Shown: positions 11,181-21,015, counted from the stretch's first letter. The stretch is 64,000 nt of DNA from an uncultured Planctomycetaceae bacterium (GCA_963833985.1 CAWIAD010000001.1:2816001-2880000); one strand, 5' to 3'. Program-made: numbers and translations. Notes: generated from the letters alone by a model not told the origin.

Positions 11181-11225
11181 GTTGGCGTTGTCCTCAGTTC
11201 GGCATCTGGTGAGGTGCGGAGGGTC

Positions 11226-12176
11226 TCAGGGCGGGTCCAGGTTCAGGCCGGGCAGGAACGTTGCGGCAGCGGCTGCCTGGTTCCGGCCTCGGGCCGGGGT
11301 TCGCGGGCGGCCGTCCAGGGCGGGGTTCATCTGGCTGGCGGCGCGGTGAGCTCCGACGAACAGGTTGGGATGCGCGGGCGTTTGCCGCGCGGCGTGAATG
11401 AGGATCCGCCTGCCGGTATCTTGAACCACTTCGCGGGCTTCATGAATGGCCAGCTCCGGCCGGTTGCACTGCTCGCTGAGGTGCAGCAGCACCAGGTGGC
11501 TGACGCGGTCCCGGCTGGACCGGCGCAGCACGGAGCGCACGAGCTCTGCCGCCTGGCGATTGGAAAGATGGCCCCAGTCGCCCAGGTTCCGCGCGATGAG
11601 TGCGGGCGACCGCCCCGACGCCTTCTGCATGGTCACATCGTGGTTGAACTCCACGCCCAGAACGTCCACATCGGCCAGGCTGTCGGCCATGCCCTCGGAC
11701 CAGCTCCCACAGTCGGCCAGGTAGCCCACGCCGAGGGCTCGTGTCCTGCGGCGGGCGACCGATTCGATGCGGAAGCCGAACGTCGGGCCGTCGTGCCGGC
11801 AGGCAATGGGCTCGACGCGAAACCCGCCGGGCGCCAGGAAAGGCTGGCCGTCATAGTGCCGCACGAGTCCCAGGCGATCGAGATCGCAGAAACCCTGGTC
11901 GGCCTCGAGCACATCGCGGTGCGACTCGTGGCAGTAAAGCACAACCGAGCGCCGGGCCAGGTGCTGGAGCGTGGCCGACTCGACATGATCGCCGTGAGTG
12001 TGGGTCAACACCACCGCACTGATCCGCGACCAGTCCGACGACACGCTGGAGAGCCGCTGATCCAGGGCTCTGGGTCCCAGCCCGATATCGATCAAGAGAC
12101 CGGCCCCCCCGTCCTGACACACCAGCGCTGAGTTTCCGCGCGACCCGCTTGCCAGCACGGCGAATTGAAGAGTCAT
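11226..12176 (-). CDS. MBL-fold metallo-hydrolase (YycJ/WalJ-like)
   Basis: LASGSRGN, THTHGDH, EFNHD, GHLSN, HLSEQCN. Confidence 0.85.
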   Translation of the reverse strand: MTLQFAVLASGSRGNSALVCQDGGAGLLIDIGLGPRALDQRLSSVSSDWSRISAVVLTHTHGDHVESATLQHLARRSVVLYCHESHRDVLEADQGFCDLDRLGLVRHYDGQPFLAPGGFRVEPIACRHDGPTFGFRIESVARRRTRALGVGYLADCGSWSEGMADSLADVDVLGVEFNHDVTMQKASGRSPALIARNLGDWGHLSNRQAAELVRSVLRRSSRDRVSHLVLLHLSEQCNRPELAIHEAREVVQDTGRRILIHAARQTPAHPNLFVGAHRAASQMNPALDGRPRTPARGRNQAAAAATFLPGLNLDPP

Positions 12177-12457
12177 GGCAGGTTCCACCTCGATCCAGAC
12201 GCCCAGCTCCCTCTTCGATCCCTCGGGGCTTTCGCCAAGTCTAAGCCATGTTAGGTGTTTGTATCAAGATCCGCCGCGCCAGGAGCTGGGAGCAGTTCGT
12301 ACGAAACACGCTTGTGCCCGCGGGGGCGACGAGGACAGGCGACTGGGTGCCGAGGAGCAAACACTGCCGCCGGTCGCACGAAGGCCAGGACCGGACGAGG
12401 CAATCGCTGACGCGGCTTGCTGAGAGGACACCCAGGAAAACCGAGCCGCGACGGGCT

Positions 12458-13090
12458 TCAGTCCGTTCGGCCGGGGGCGGGCTTCGGAGGCAGCAGGTCC
12501 GCCACGGCGATCGGACCGGCGACCGAGCCGGCGATCACGAGGTTGGCCAGGTCGGTCTCGCCGAGGATGATCGGAGCCTGCGGTCCCTGCGTGGGTGTGT
12601 ACACCTCGAGCTGGCGGTCGCGAACGTTGAGCAGCCAGTACACGGGAATGCCGCCGCCAAGATAGGTCGCGGCCAGGGCGCGGTCGGCCCGGACCGTTGC
12701 ATAAGACACCTCGACGATGAGGGGAACGTCTTCGGGCCCGGGATCAACCTCGGCGTAATCTCCGGGGCGGCCACGAGCGACCGAGACGTCGGGCTCGGGC
12801 ATGCTGTCCCTCAGGGGGATTCGCACGGGCTTCTCGACGCGGACGTGCCAGCCGGCCGGCAATGCCTCGTGAATCGCTCTCCAGGCCTGTTCCGAACCCG
12901 AGGAATGCGGCGGTTTCCTGGTCATCTTCTGCACCAGCGCTCCCTCGATCAGCTCGAAACGATCGTCGTCGCCGAACTGGCCCGACTCGATCATGCGCTC
13001 GTAGCGGTCCACGCTGATGCGGGCGAGCGGGGGAAACCCCTCCGGAGTCGGACCGTAGAACGAGAGAGGCGGTGTCGACGTCGCGGGCAT
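12458..13090 (-). CDS. Uma2 family putative endonuclease
   Basis: SVDRYERM, FELIEG, PEPDV, LIVEVS, GIPVYWLLN. Confidence 0.88.
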   Translation of the reverse strand: MPATSTPPLSFYGPTPEGFPPLARISVDRYERMIESGQFGDDDRFELIEGALVQKMTRKPPHSSGSEQAWRAIHEALPAGWHVRVEKPVRIPLRDSMPEPDVSVARGRPGDYAEVDPGPEDVPLIVEVSYATVRADRALAATYLGGGIPVYWLLNVRDRQLEVYTPTQGPQAPIILGETDLANLVIAGSVAGPIAVADLLPPKPAPGRTD

Positions 13091-13293
13091 CACGTATCCT
13101 CTCCGGGGGCTCGGATTCAAACGAGTTCAGTGTAGCAATAACCGGTCATGCTGGCGAGCAACACACCGTCGTTTGAGACGGGCGAAAAGAATGACGTTGC
13201 AGCGCAGAGCGAGGTTATACTGAATTGCGGGCGAGGATTCGCCTTCCCTCCTGCTTGCCTCCTTCCACGGGCTCACTCGATGGAGAGTTCCTC

Positions 13294-14307
13294 ATGCGTC
13301 CGTCCAACCCTGTCCATCGCCGCGATTTCCTTAACCGTTCGCTGGTTGCGGCCGGCGCCGCGGGTGTGCTGGCCGCGAGCCAGACCCAGAACCCGGTGAA
13401 CGCTCAGGCCGTGCCGGGCTCGGATACGCCCTCTGCCGCGAAGGTTCCCGCGACCACCGCGCTGCCTTGCGGCACGCTCGGCAAGGCGAAGATCAGCCGG
13501 TTGCTGCTGGGAGGAAATCTCATCGGCGGCTACATGCACTGCCGCGACCTGAAATACGTCAACAGCCTCTTCCGTGCCTATGCGACGGAGGCGAAGATCC
13601 TCGAGACGTTGGCCCTGGCCGAGCAGCACGGCATCAACACCGTGTTCGAGACCGGAGGCGACTTCGTCAAGACGTACAACGAGAAGCACGGCGGGCACAT
13701 GCAGTTCATCCCGCATATCGAGATCAAGACGAGCTGGAGCTCGGGCGAGCAGTCCGACCACATCAAGCAGCAGGTGGACACCGGCGCGATCGCTCTCTAC
13801 GTCTGGGGCGTCTCGTCCGACCCGCTCATTCGCGACGGCCAGGTGGACGTGCTGGCGCGCACCGTCGAGATGGCCCGGAAGCACGGATTGCCGGTCGGCG
13901 TGGGCTGCCACTCGCTGCTGGTGCCCATGGCGTGCGAGCGGCACGGCGTGCCATGCGACTTCTACGTCAAGACGCTGCACAGCGACGACTATTTCTCCGC
14001 CACGCCCAGGGAGCTGCGCAAGGAGTTCATCTGGCTCGACGGGGGCAAGGGCTGGAACGACAACATGTGGTGCATCAACCCGGAGGAGACGATCGCCTTC
14101 ATGAAGGCGGTCGCCAAGCCCTGGATCGCCTTCAAGGTGCTGGCCGCGGGCGCCATCCCGCCGGCCCAGGCCTTCCCTTATGCGTTCAAGAATGGCGCCG
14201 ACTTCATCGCCGTCGGTATGTTCGACTTCCAGGTCAAGACCGACGCCGAGCTGGCCGAGCGCGCCATCCGCCACCACCAGAAGCGTGAGCGCCCCTGGCG
14301 GGCCTGA
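13294..14307 (+). CDS. Tat-exported aldo/keto-reductase-like protein
   Basis: HRRDFL twin-arginine signal; ISRLLLGGN, KPWIAFKVLAAG, GADFIAVGMFDFQ. Confidence 0.65.
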   Translation: MRPSNPVHRRDFLNRSLVAAGAAGVLAASQTQNPVNAQAVPGSDTPSAAKVPATTALPCGTLGKAKISRLLLGGNLIGGYMHCRDLKYVNSLFRAYATEAKILETLALAEQHGINTVFETGGDFVKTYNEKHGGHMQFIPHIEIKTSWSSGEQSDHIKQQVDTGAIALYVWGVSSDPLIRDGQVDVLARTVEMARKHGLPVGVGCHSLLVPMACERHGVPCDFYVKTLHSDDYFSATPRELRKEFIWLDGGKGWNDNMWCINPEETIAFMKAVAKPWIAFKVLAAGAIPPAQAFPYAFKNGADFIAVGMFDFQVKTDAELAERAIRHHQKRERPWRA

Positions 14308-14404
14308 CCCGCCCCGGAACGCAACGACAGACGCGGTGCCATTCCAGAGGGCCGGCGAACGCTCTCTCCGCGTCGATCCTAAATACCTCCCCGTAAGAGG
14401 GAAA

Positions 14405-14460
14405 GTGTGGAACGGCCGCCCTCGGCCGTCCTGAGCCAGCCGAGGGCGGCTGGCCCACAT
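14405..14460. repeat. REP-like inverted repeat / possible terminator between convergent genes
   Basis: gccgccctcggc ... gccgagggcggc inverted pair. Confidence 0.5.
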
Positions 14461-14480
14461 TCCAAGAGGCGAGGATCTAT

Positions 14481-15915
14481 TTACGCGCGACGCCGGTCCC
14501 CAGCCGGCCGCGAGCCGTTCAGGGAGGTTGATCGCCCGTACGTCCACGCGGGCCCGGAGCCGGTAAAGCATGGCCGCCATGCCGAAGTTCCAGCGCGCGA
14601 TGAACGCGTTCATGGGCAACCACGGTGCCGCGATCCGTTCGCGACCGATCGCGGCAAAGCGGGCAACGCCCTCGCGAAGATAGGCCGGGTCGCCATAATC
14701 AAAGGGCCCTTCCTGGCGGTAGGGCCGCCAGCTCCATCGGCAGAATTCAAGGTTCAGGGCCAGAATCTCGGGTTCCATCTCGTCGTCCTCGCCCAGCCCG
14801 AGGCAGGCGCGAAGCGCCGCGAGCATGTCGCCCTCATTGCCGTGGATCGCCCGGTCGGCAAGGCGATTGCATTCCCACTCGCGGTCCGTATAAGGCCGCA
14901 CACAACCGAAGTCGAGAAAACCGAGCCGGCCGTCGGCACGAAACAGGTAGTTCCCCGGGTGCGGGTCGGAGTAAAGCAGACGGCCCGCGAAGTGCAGGCG
15001 GCTCCCCGCCCGGAAGAGCAGGCTGCCAAAGTGATCCCGCAATTCCTGGTCCGGATTGCCGGCCAGGAAGGCGTTGATGTGAACGCCGTCGACATACTCC
15101 ATCGTGAGCACTCGTCGCGTGCTGTATTCACTGTACACGCGGGGGACGACGATCTGGTCGTCCTCTTGAAAAAGCGAGCGGGCGCGGCGCTGCCATTCGG
15201 CCTCGCTCTGGTAGTCGGTCTCCTGCTCGATGACGCGGCGAACATCCTCGAGCTGATTCTTCAGAGGCTCCCAACCCCGACCGAGGCGTAGCGGCAGAAG
15301 GAAGGCGGACAGGTTGCGAAAGTCTGATCGGATCGAGCGGCCAATGGCCGGATACTGAACCTTCACGGCCACGTCCTGGCCCGTCTTCAGCGTGGCGCGG
15401 TGCACCTGGCCCAGTGATGCGGCCGCGAAGGCACGTGAGTCAAATGTCGCGAAGACCTCCTCCGGCTCGCTCCCCAGCTCGTTTCGCACATGTTCTCGTA
15501 GCAGGGCGAAGTGCATCGGGGGCGCCTCGAAGTGCAGCCGCTCGAGCGTCTCCACGATCTGGTCCGGGAGGACCGAGGGAAGATTGGCCAGTGCCTGGCC
15601 CACCTTCATGGCCGCGCCGCGCAGGTAGCCCATGGTACGGAGCATCTTCAGCGCCGCGCGCAGGTGGACCTCGGCCAGCGCCTGTTCGCGCCGGTCCGCA
15701 TCGACGCACCAGCTCCGTACCCAGTACGCCAGGTATGCGAGTGCGACCTGGGCATGCAGCCCGCCGAAAACCCAGAGGCGGCGCACGGAGCCCGCCGGGA
15801 CCGGATGACTGTTCAGATCGGTCAGGGCCATCCGCAACGGGACAAGCCCGGTCAATTCCTCGTCTTCGTCGGGGTCGGGCAGTGCGGCGATGAGTTCGGC
15901 AAGCTCGGGGGACAT
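14481..15915 (-). CDS. AarF/ABC1/UbiB family kinase (probable 1-nt indel near the 3' end makes the ORF read through)
   Basis: GAAMKVGQ, FAAASLGQVHRA, VAVKVQYP, DPHPGNYL, LDFG. Removing one G from a GGGG run near 14498 gives ...AGWDRRRA* ending at 14481. Confidence 0.85.
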
Positions 15916-15954
15916 GACACGGCTCCTCTCAGCTCCGGGCCCTCGCGGGCCGGC

Positions 15955-16548
15955 TCACTCGGGACGGGGAAACGAGCCCACGAAAGCCCTCAGGTAGTGG
16001 TCAAGGACAGCGAGCGTGTCCTCCTGGTGCGGCGACTCGTCGCACGCCCAGAAGGCCAGCACGCCCGTGTAAAGCGTCCAGTACAGGTTCAACGCCAAGG
16101 GCGGCAGCTCCGTTGCGGGACACCGTGCCGCGATCAGCCGCCCGACCGACTCCAGGTGATCGACGCGGATCGCCTCTGCGTCCGGGCTGGCCCGGGCTCG
16201 GGCGAGCGGGCTCAGGGCCGTCTCGAGCACCGGCCGCAGATAAGCCCGATGGCGCCGCAGGCTGCGCAGCTCGGCGGCGATCAGCGCGAAGAGGTCCTCC
16301 TCGAGCGATTCGCCGCGCGGCCGCTGATGAAACCGGCGCCGCGCCGCGCCCAGCGTCTCGGCGACGAGCGACAATGCCATCGCCTCCTTCGCCGGGAAGT
16401 AATTGAACAGCGTCCCGGCCGCGATCCCCGCGCAGGCGGCGATCTCACGCGTGGTCGCTGCCTCGAATCCCGCCCTGGAAAAGCACTCCTCGGCCGCCTG
16501 GAGAATGCGGCTCCGGGTCGCAAGCTTCGTCTCCGCGGTCACCCTCAT
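15955..16548 (-). CDS. TetR/AcrR family transcriptional regulator
   Basis: TRSRILQAAEECFSRAGFEAATTREIAACAGIAAGTLFNYFPAKE. Confidence 0.92.
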   Translation of the reverse strand: MRVTAETKLATRSRILQAAEECFSRAGFEAATTREIAACAGIAAGTLFNYFPAKEAMALSLVAETLGAARRRFHQRPRGESLEEDLFALIAAELRSLRRHRAYLRPVLETALSPLARARASPDAEAIRVDHLESVGRLIAARCPATELPPLALNLYWTLYTGVLAFWACDESPHQEDTLAVLDHYLRAFVGSFPRPE

Positions 16549-16789
16549 GTTCCGTCTCCCTTAATCTGAGCGTGCTCACATTCTAGGAGCCTTCAGGGGG
16601 TTGTCAACCGGTAAAATGAGCGTGATCACAAAAACTCGCGACTCGGTTTGAAGTGCGCGGCGCCCGGTGAATTCGAGCTTGCAGTGAAGTGACGCCGAAG
16701 GGATTCTGATTTTCGACGCAATGGTGCTGTCACGGGCCCGCGGGTCCGCGCGAGGAATCACGGTTGAACGAGCGAGTCGAACCAGACCG

Positions 16790-17383
16790 ATGAACCCGCG
16801 GAAGATCAAGCACCTCGACCGGGAGCTGAGAAGTCTGCAAGTGCAGATCAAGACCGCTAACGAACTTGATTACTTGCAGCGTGCGGAGATCGCCCGGAAG
16901 GCTCAAAGCCTTGTGCACGAAGCGGCGGCGTTCAGCCGATCGCATCCGCGCGATCTCCGTGCCCGGGAAATTCATGCCTCGTTGGTCGAGCTGTTCCGTG
17001 AAACGGTGGCCCAAGCCTGTCCGCCGGCTTTCCGGCAGCCTGACCCAGGTTGGGGACTGACCAGCGCCGCCGGCCTGGAAAGCGCCGTGAGCTACCTGGA
17101 GGCCGACCCCTGGTATTTCCGATCGGGTTACCTCAAGGCCGAGCTGATCCGGAAGATCCGTCGCCTCGAACTGCCGCCGGGGCTCGCCGATCGGCTGCTC
17201 CACGTCGTCCTGGCGGCCGTCGACATGCGTGATCGCCGCGAGTTCCGCGAATACTGCCGGCTGGCCAGGAAGCTGGATTCACCGGAGTTGAGGGGCGAAC
17301 TCTCGTCGCGGCTCCGGCACGAGGACCCGGCCGTCCGGCGGCGCGCACGCTGGGCGCTGGATGCGTGCGAGAAACCGAGATGA
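16790..17383 (+). CDS. Hypothetical protein with C-terminal HEAT-like repeat
   Basis: Open frame with GC-biased codons; ends LRHEDPAVRRRARWALD; start codon uncertain. Confidence 0.55.
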   Translation: MNPRKIKHLDRELRSLQVQIKTANELDYLQRAEIARKAQSLVHEAAAFSRSHPRDLRAREIHASLVELFRETVAQACPPAFRQPDPGWGLTSAAGLESAVSYLEADPWYFRSGYLKAELIRKIRRLELPPGLADRLLHVVLAAVDMRDRREFREYCRLARKLDSPELRGELSSRLRHEDPAVRRRARWALDACEKPR

Positions 17384-17434
17384 GCGTCCGCCCCACGAGC
17401 GGCAAAAACGCAGGCCGAAGCCCACAGCCCTGGC

Positions 17435-17549
17435 GTGTGAGGAAAGCTTCTAATCTTGCTTCTTCATTCGTGTAAAACCTATATTCTTGCCTCTTCATTT
17501 GTAGTAATAAAATTTATTCTTGTCTCTTCTTTCGTGGGACAAGATTCCA
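17435..17549 (+). repeat. Degenerate ~33-bp tandem REP-like array; the last unit is split by the intron and continues at 21559-21575
   Basis: Four units each start gt and contain tcttgYYtcttc. The rejoined last unit is gtgggacaagattcca|ttcttgtctcttc (GACAAGA/TCTTGTC stem). Confidence 0.7.
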
Positions 17550-18080
17550 GTGCGCCGTGGAAAGGTGTTGGTCTTCAGTGGGTGTAACTCCCACCCGGCA
17601 ACTGGGTCGCTCCAGCCGGTAGCTATCGGAGCGGCGGTGGAGGAGACGAAACCGTCGGAGCCTTCGAGACAGATGTGTCGCTTGGCGATGCAGCGAACCG
17701 ACAGGCCGTAACGCGAGTGAACGTTGAGCAGGCCTCGAAAAGTCCAATGTGGTCGCCGACCTTGCTGGAATATGGGGAAGGCCGCCGTCGCTGGGGATGA
17801 AAGGGAAACGGTTGGAATAGGCCGCCCCACGAGCGATCAGAACCCAGCGGGCCACCGGGGTATTGACGACGGCATGTCGGCACACGGAGATCAACACAAC
17901 ACGGGAAACCCCAAGCGGTGAGGGCGCGTGACCCTCAACCGGACGCCCGCGAGGGACCGGCCGGGCTGCCTGGGGTGGCGGAGAGGCCTGTAGTACCGTC
18001 GACGCCGGGTAACTCCGGTCGAGGGAAGGGGCCTTGGTTCAAGGTCAACGCAACAAGCGGCAGACAGCCGGGAGATTGGC

Positions 18081-18779
18081 GTGAGTCTATCACCTCCACT
18101 GAAGGTCGGGAAGTTGCAGACGGCGTTGCACACCAAAGCGAAGAACGCGCCCAACTATCGGTTCTACGTCCTGTACGACAAGATTTATCGACGTGACGTT
18201 CTGGGATTCGCCTACGAACGCTGCCGTGCCAACGGCGGCGCGCCGGGGATCGACGGCCAGAGTTTCGCCGACATCGAGGCGTCCGGGAAGGAACGATGGC
18301 TGGACGAACTGGCGGAACAACTTCGTAAGGAGACGTATCAACCCCAGGCGGTGCGGCGCGTGTACATCCCCAAAGGGGACGGCAAGCAAAGGCCGCTGGG
18401 CATTCCTTGCATCAAGGATCGTGTGGTGCAGATGGCTGCGGTGCTGGTCTTGGAGCCGATCTTCGAGGCCGACCTGGAGCCGGAACAACACGCCTACCGC
18501 CCGGAGCGCAGCGCCCTGGACGCCGTCCGCGAAGTCGAACGGCTGCTCAAGACGGGGCACACCGAGGTGGTGGACGCGGACTTATCTGGATATTTCGATA
18601 GCATACCCCATTCCGAGTTAATGAAATCGGCGTCACGGCGCATCAGCGACGGTCGCGTCCTGCGGCTGATCAAGATGTGGCTGGAAACACCGGTGGAAGA
18701 AACCGACGGGAAGGGGCAGCGCCATCGAACGACCCGGAATAAAGACCAGGGGATGGGTACACCGCAAGGTGCACCGATC
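18081..18779 (+). CDS. ltrA: Group II intron reverse transcriptase/maturase, N-terminal part (RT0-RT4), interrupted
   Basis: GAPGIDG, VRRVYIPK, RPLGIP..DRVVQ, AYRPERS, VVDADLSGYFDSIPH, GTPQGAPI; the frame then runs into foreign sequence and stops at 18812. Confidence 0.93.
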
Positions 18780-20794
18780 ACGCCCCCAACAATGTTGCAA
18801 AATCGTCCCTGATTCCTGACTCTGTCATTTCCAGATCGCGGCTTCGACCGAAGTACGGGCACGGATGGCAGCCCCGACTCGATCCCGATCCAAGGCAGGC
18901 TGGCGGCCGCGCTCTCGGAGAGGAGGAGTCGACATGATCACGTCCCCACGGAGGCCCACGTTCAGTCCTCCTGTCACCCGCCACTTCGAGTTCACTCGGC
19001 TTCAGGAGCAATTGATCGCGCGTGCATATCAGGTCTTGATCCCGGTCGTTTCGCAGCGCCTGGATCGGCCGCGACCCAGCCGCAACCACGCGACTGTGGT
19101 CCACACTATCCAGTCCAAGGTCGGGGGGGTTTGACAAACCATGATCACGGACAATCTCCGCGTGGCGCTCTACGCCCGGGTTTCGGGGGAGCAGCAGGAG
19201 AAGGAGGACACGATCGCCAGCCAGCTCGAGGCGGTCACTCAGCGGATCGCCACTGATGGCTTGGAATGCGAGCCCGAACTGCACTTCGTGGACGACGGCG
19301 TCAGCGGTTACATCCTGGCCCGACCGGCACTCGAGCGACTTCGGGACCAAGCCGCCGCTGGAGCCATCGACCGCCTCTATATGCTCGATCCGGATCGACT
19401 TTCACGCAAGTATGCCTATCAGGTCTTGATCCTTGAGGAACTTATCCGGTGCGGTGTCGAGGTCGTCTTCTTGCGCAACCCCGTCGGCCGCAGTCCGGAA
19501 GCCGACCTGCTGCTTCAGGTCCAGGGAATGATCGCGGAATACGAGCGCGCCAAGATCATGGAGCGTTGCCGCAGGGGCAAGCAACACGCCGCCCGCCGCG
19601 GTTCGGTCAACGTCCTCAGCGGCGCGCCGTACGGCTACCGTTACATCGGCAAGCACGAGGGAGGTGGCGAGGCGCGTTATCAGGTCCTCGCTGAAGAGTC
19701 CCGGGTCGTGCGGAAGATCTTCGAATGGGTGGGTCAGGAACGGTGCTCGATCGGCGAGGTGTGCCGACGCCTCCGGCGCGACAGTATCCCGACGCGGACC
19801 GGGAAATCGGCCTGGGATCGCGCGACGGTCTGGTTGATCCTCAAGAACCCTGCCTACAAGGGGACCGCGGCCTTCGGCAAGACGCGCTCAGGTGAGTTCA
19901 AACCTCAACGCCTCCGCCCGCAGCGAGGCCGCCCCGAACACTCCCGGCGACCGGTCTCACGGGTTGATACATCCTCGGAAGATCAAATCTTCATTGAAGT
20001 CCCCGGGCTGGTGAGCGAAGACCTCTTCCTGGCTGTCCAGGCCCAGCTTGAAGAGAACCGGCAACGCCGTCGCGACCGGCCCGGCGGTGGCCGATATCTG
20101 CTCCAGGGCCTGGTCGTCTGCAAGCGCTGCGGCTACGGCTGCTACGGCAAGCCGACGAGCCGAGCCGCGTTCGAGGGCAAGGGTAGGGTCCGCTACGCGT
20201 ACTACCGTTGCACGGGCTCTGACGCCTATCGTTTCGGCGGGCAGCGCCTCTGCTGGAACAAGCAGATCCGCACCGATATCCTTGACGCTGCCGTCTGGGA
20301 GGACTTACGAGGTCTCCTGTCCGAGCCGGAGCGGGTCCGGGAGGAGTACGAGCGGCGGCTGCAGGGTGCCCAGGGCGGGCCGAATCAGGAGGTGGAGCAT
20401 CTCGGCAAATTGATAAATAATGTGAAAAAGATGATTTCTCGATTAATCGATGCTTACGGCGACGGGTTGCTCGACAAATCGGAGTTCGAGCCCCGGATCT
20501 CGGCGGCAAGGACGCGCCTCTCGAGATTGGCGGAGGAGCATCGACAACGAATCGGCGAGGCCGCCCAAGAGGCGGAATTGCGACTGGTGATCGGTCAGTT
20601 GGAGGAGTTCGCACGTCGCGTCTCGCAAGGGTTGCAAGAGCCGGACTGGGCCACGCGACGGGAGGTGGTTCGGGCCTTGGTGAAGAAGGTCGAGATCGAC
20701 GAGCAGGAGGTCCGCATCGTGTATCGGGTCAGTCCGTCCCCTTTTGAGAAAGGCCCCCAACAACGTAGTTCGCAACATTGTTGGGGGCGTGATC
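18776..20794 (+). mobile_element. Large-serine-recombinase integrative element inserted in the RT gene (2015 bp plus duplicated GATC core)
   Basis: Left end gatcacgcccccaacaatgttgc (18776-18798) is the exact reverse complement of right end gcaacattgttgggggcgtgatc (20772-20794). Removal restores the RT frame. Confidence 0.92.
18934..19134 (+). CDS. Small 66-aa basic protein, candidate recombination directionality or accessory factor
   Basis: Strong SD (gaggaggag) before ATG 18934; stops 6 nt before the recombinase ATG; function inferred from position only. Confidence 0.65.
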   Translation: MITSPRRPTFSPPVTRHFEFTRLQEQLIARAYQVLIPVVSQRLDRPRPSRNHATVVHTIQSKVGGV

Positions 20795-21015
20795 TCACCA
20801 TTGTTGTCCAACATCTACATGCGACGATTTGTGAAGGGATGGAAGACTGGTGGACACGAGCGGCGTCTGGTCGCGCGAATCGTCAACTATGCGGACGACT
20901 TCGTCATCTGCTGTCGCGGCACGGCCGAAGAGGCCATGACGGTGATGCGGAAGATGATGTCCAGGCTGAAGTTAACGGTGAACGAGACCAAGACGCGGCT
21001 GTGCCACCTGCCTGA
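19141..21015 (+). CDS. Large serine recombinase (resolvase + recombinase + Zn-ribbon + coiled coil); last ~73 codons read through attR into RT DNA
   Basis: LYARVS catalytic motif, DDGVSG, RPALERL, DRLSR, APYGY, ILKNPAYKG, LLQGLVVCKRCG..YYRC..C. Confidence 0.95.
   Translation: MITDNLRVALYARVSGEQQEKEDTIASQLEAVTQRIATDGLECEPELHFVDDGVSGYILARPALERLRDQAAAGAIDRLYMLDPDRLSRKYAYQVLILEELIRCGVEVVFLRNPVGRSPEADLLLQVQGMIAEYERAKIMERCRRGKQHAARRGSVNVLSGAPYGYRYIGKHEGGGEARYQVLAEESRVVRKIFEWVGQERCSIGEVCRRLRRDSIPTRTGKSAWDRATVWLILKNPAYKGTAAFGKTRSGEFKPQRLRPQRGRPEHSRRPVSRVDTSSEDQIFIEVPGLVSEDLFLAVQAQLEENRQRRRDRPGGGRYLLQGLVVCKRCGYGCYGKPTSRAAFEGKGRVRYAYYRCTGSDAYRFGGQRLCWNKQIRTDILDAAVWEDLRGLLSEPERVREEYERRLQGAQGGPNQEVEHLGKLINNVKKMISRLIDAYGDGLLDKSEFEPRISAARTRLSRLAEEHRQRIGEAAQEAELRLVIGQLEEFARRVSQGLQEPDWATRREVVRALVKKVEIDEQEVRIVYRVSPSPFEKGPQQRSSQHCWGRDLTIVVQHLHATICEGMEDWWTRAASGRANRQLCGRLRHLLSRHGRRGHDGDAEDDVQAEVNGERDQDAAVPPA

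Noticed and set aside
13273..15915. 880-aa ABC1 kinase fusion
   Set aside because: The extension is antisense to a real gene and is explained by one extra G near 14498.
17435..17549. Possible mini-CRISPR or leader next to an RT
   Set aside because: The constant part is only ~13 bp, units are ~33 bp and degenerate, and the RT sits in a canonical group II intron.
18776..18830. Junction promoter formed on circularisation
   Set aside because: No convincing -35/-10 pair could be read across the predicted attP.
20744..20794. Independent start for the 216-aa C-terminal RT ORF
   Set aside because: The first 17 codons are element DNA (attR arm); the ORF is the second half of the split RT.
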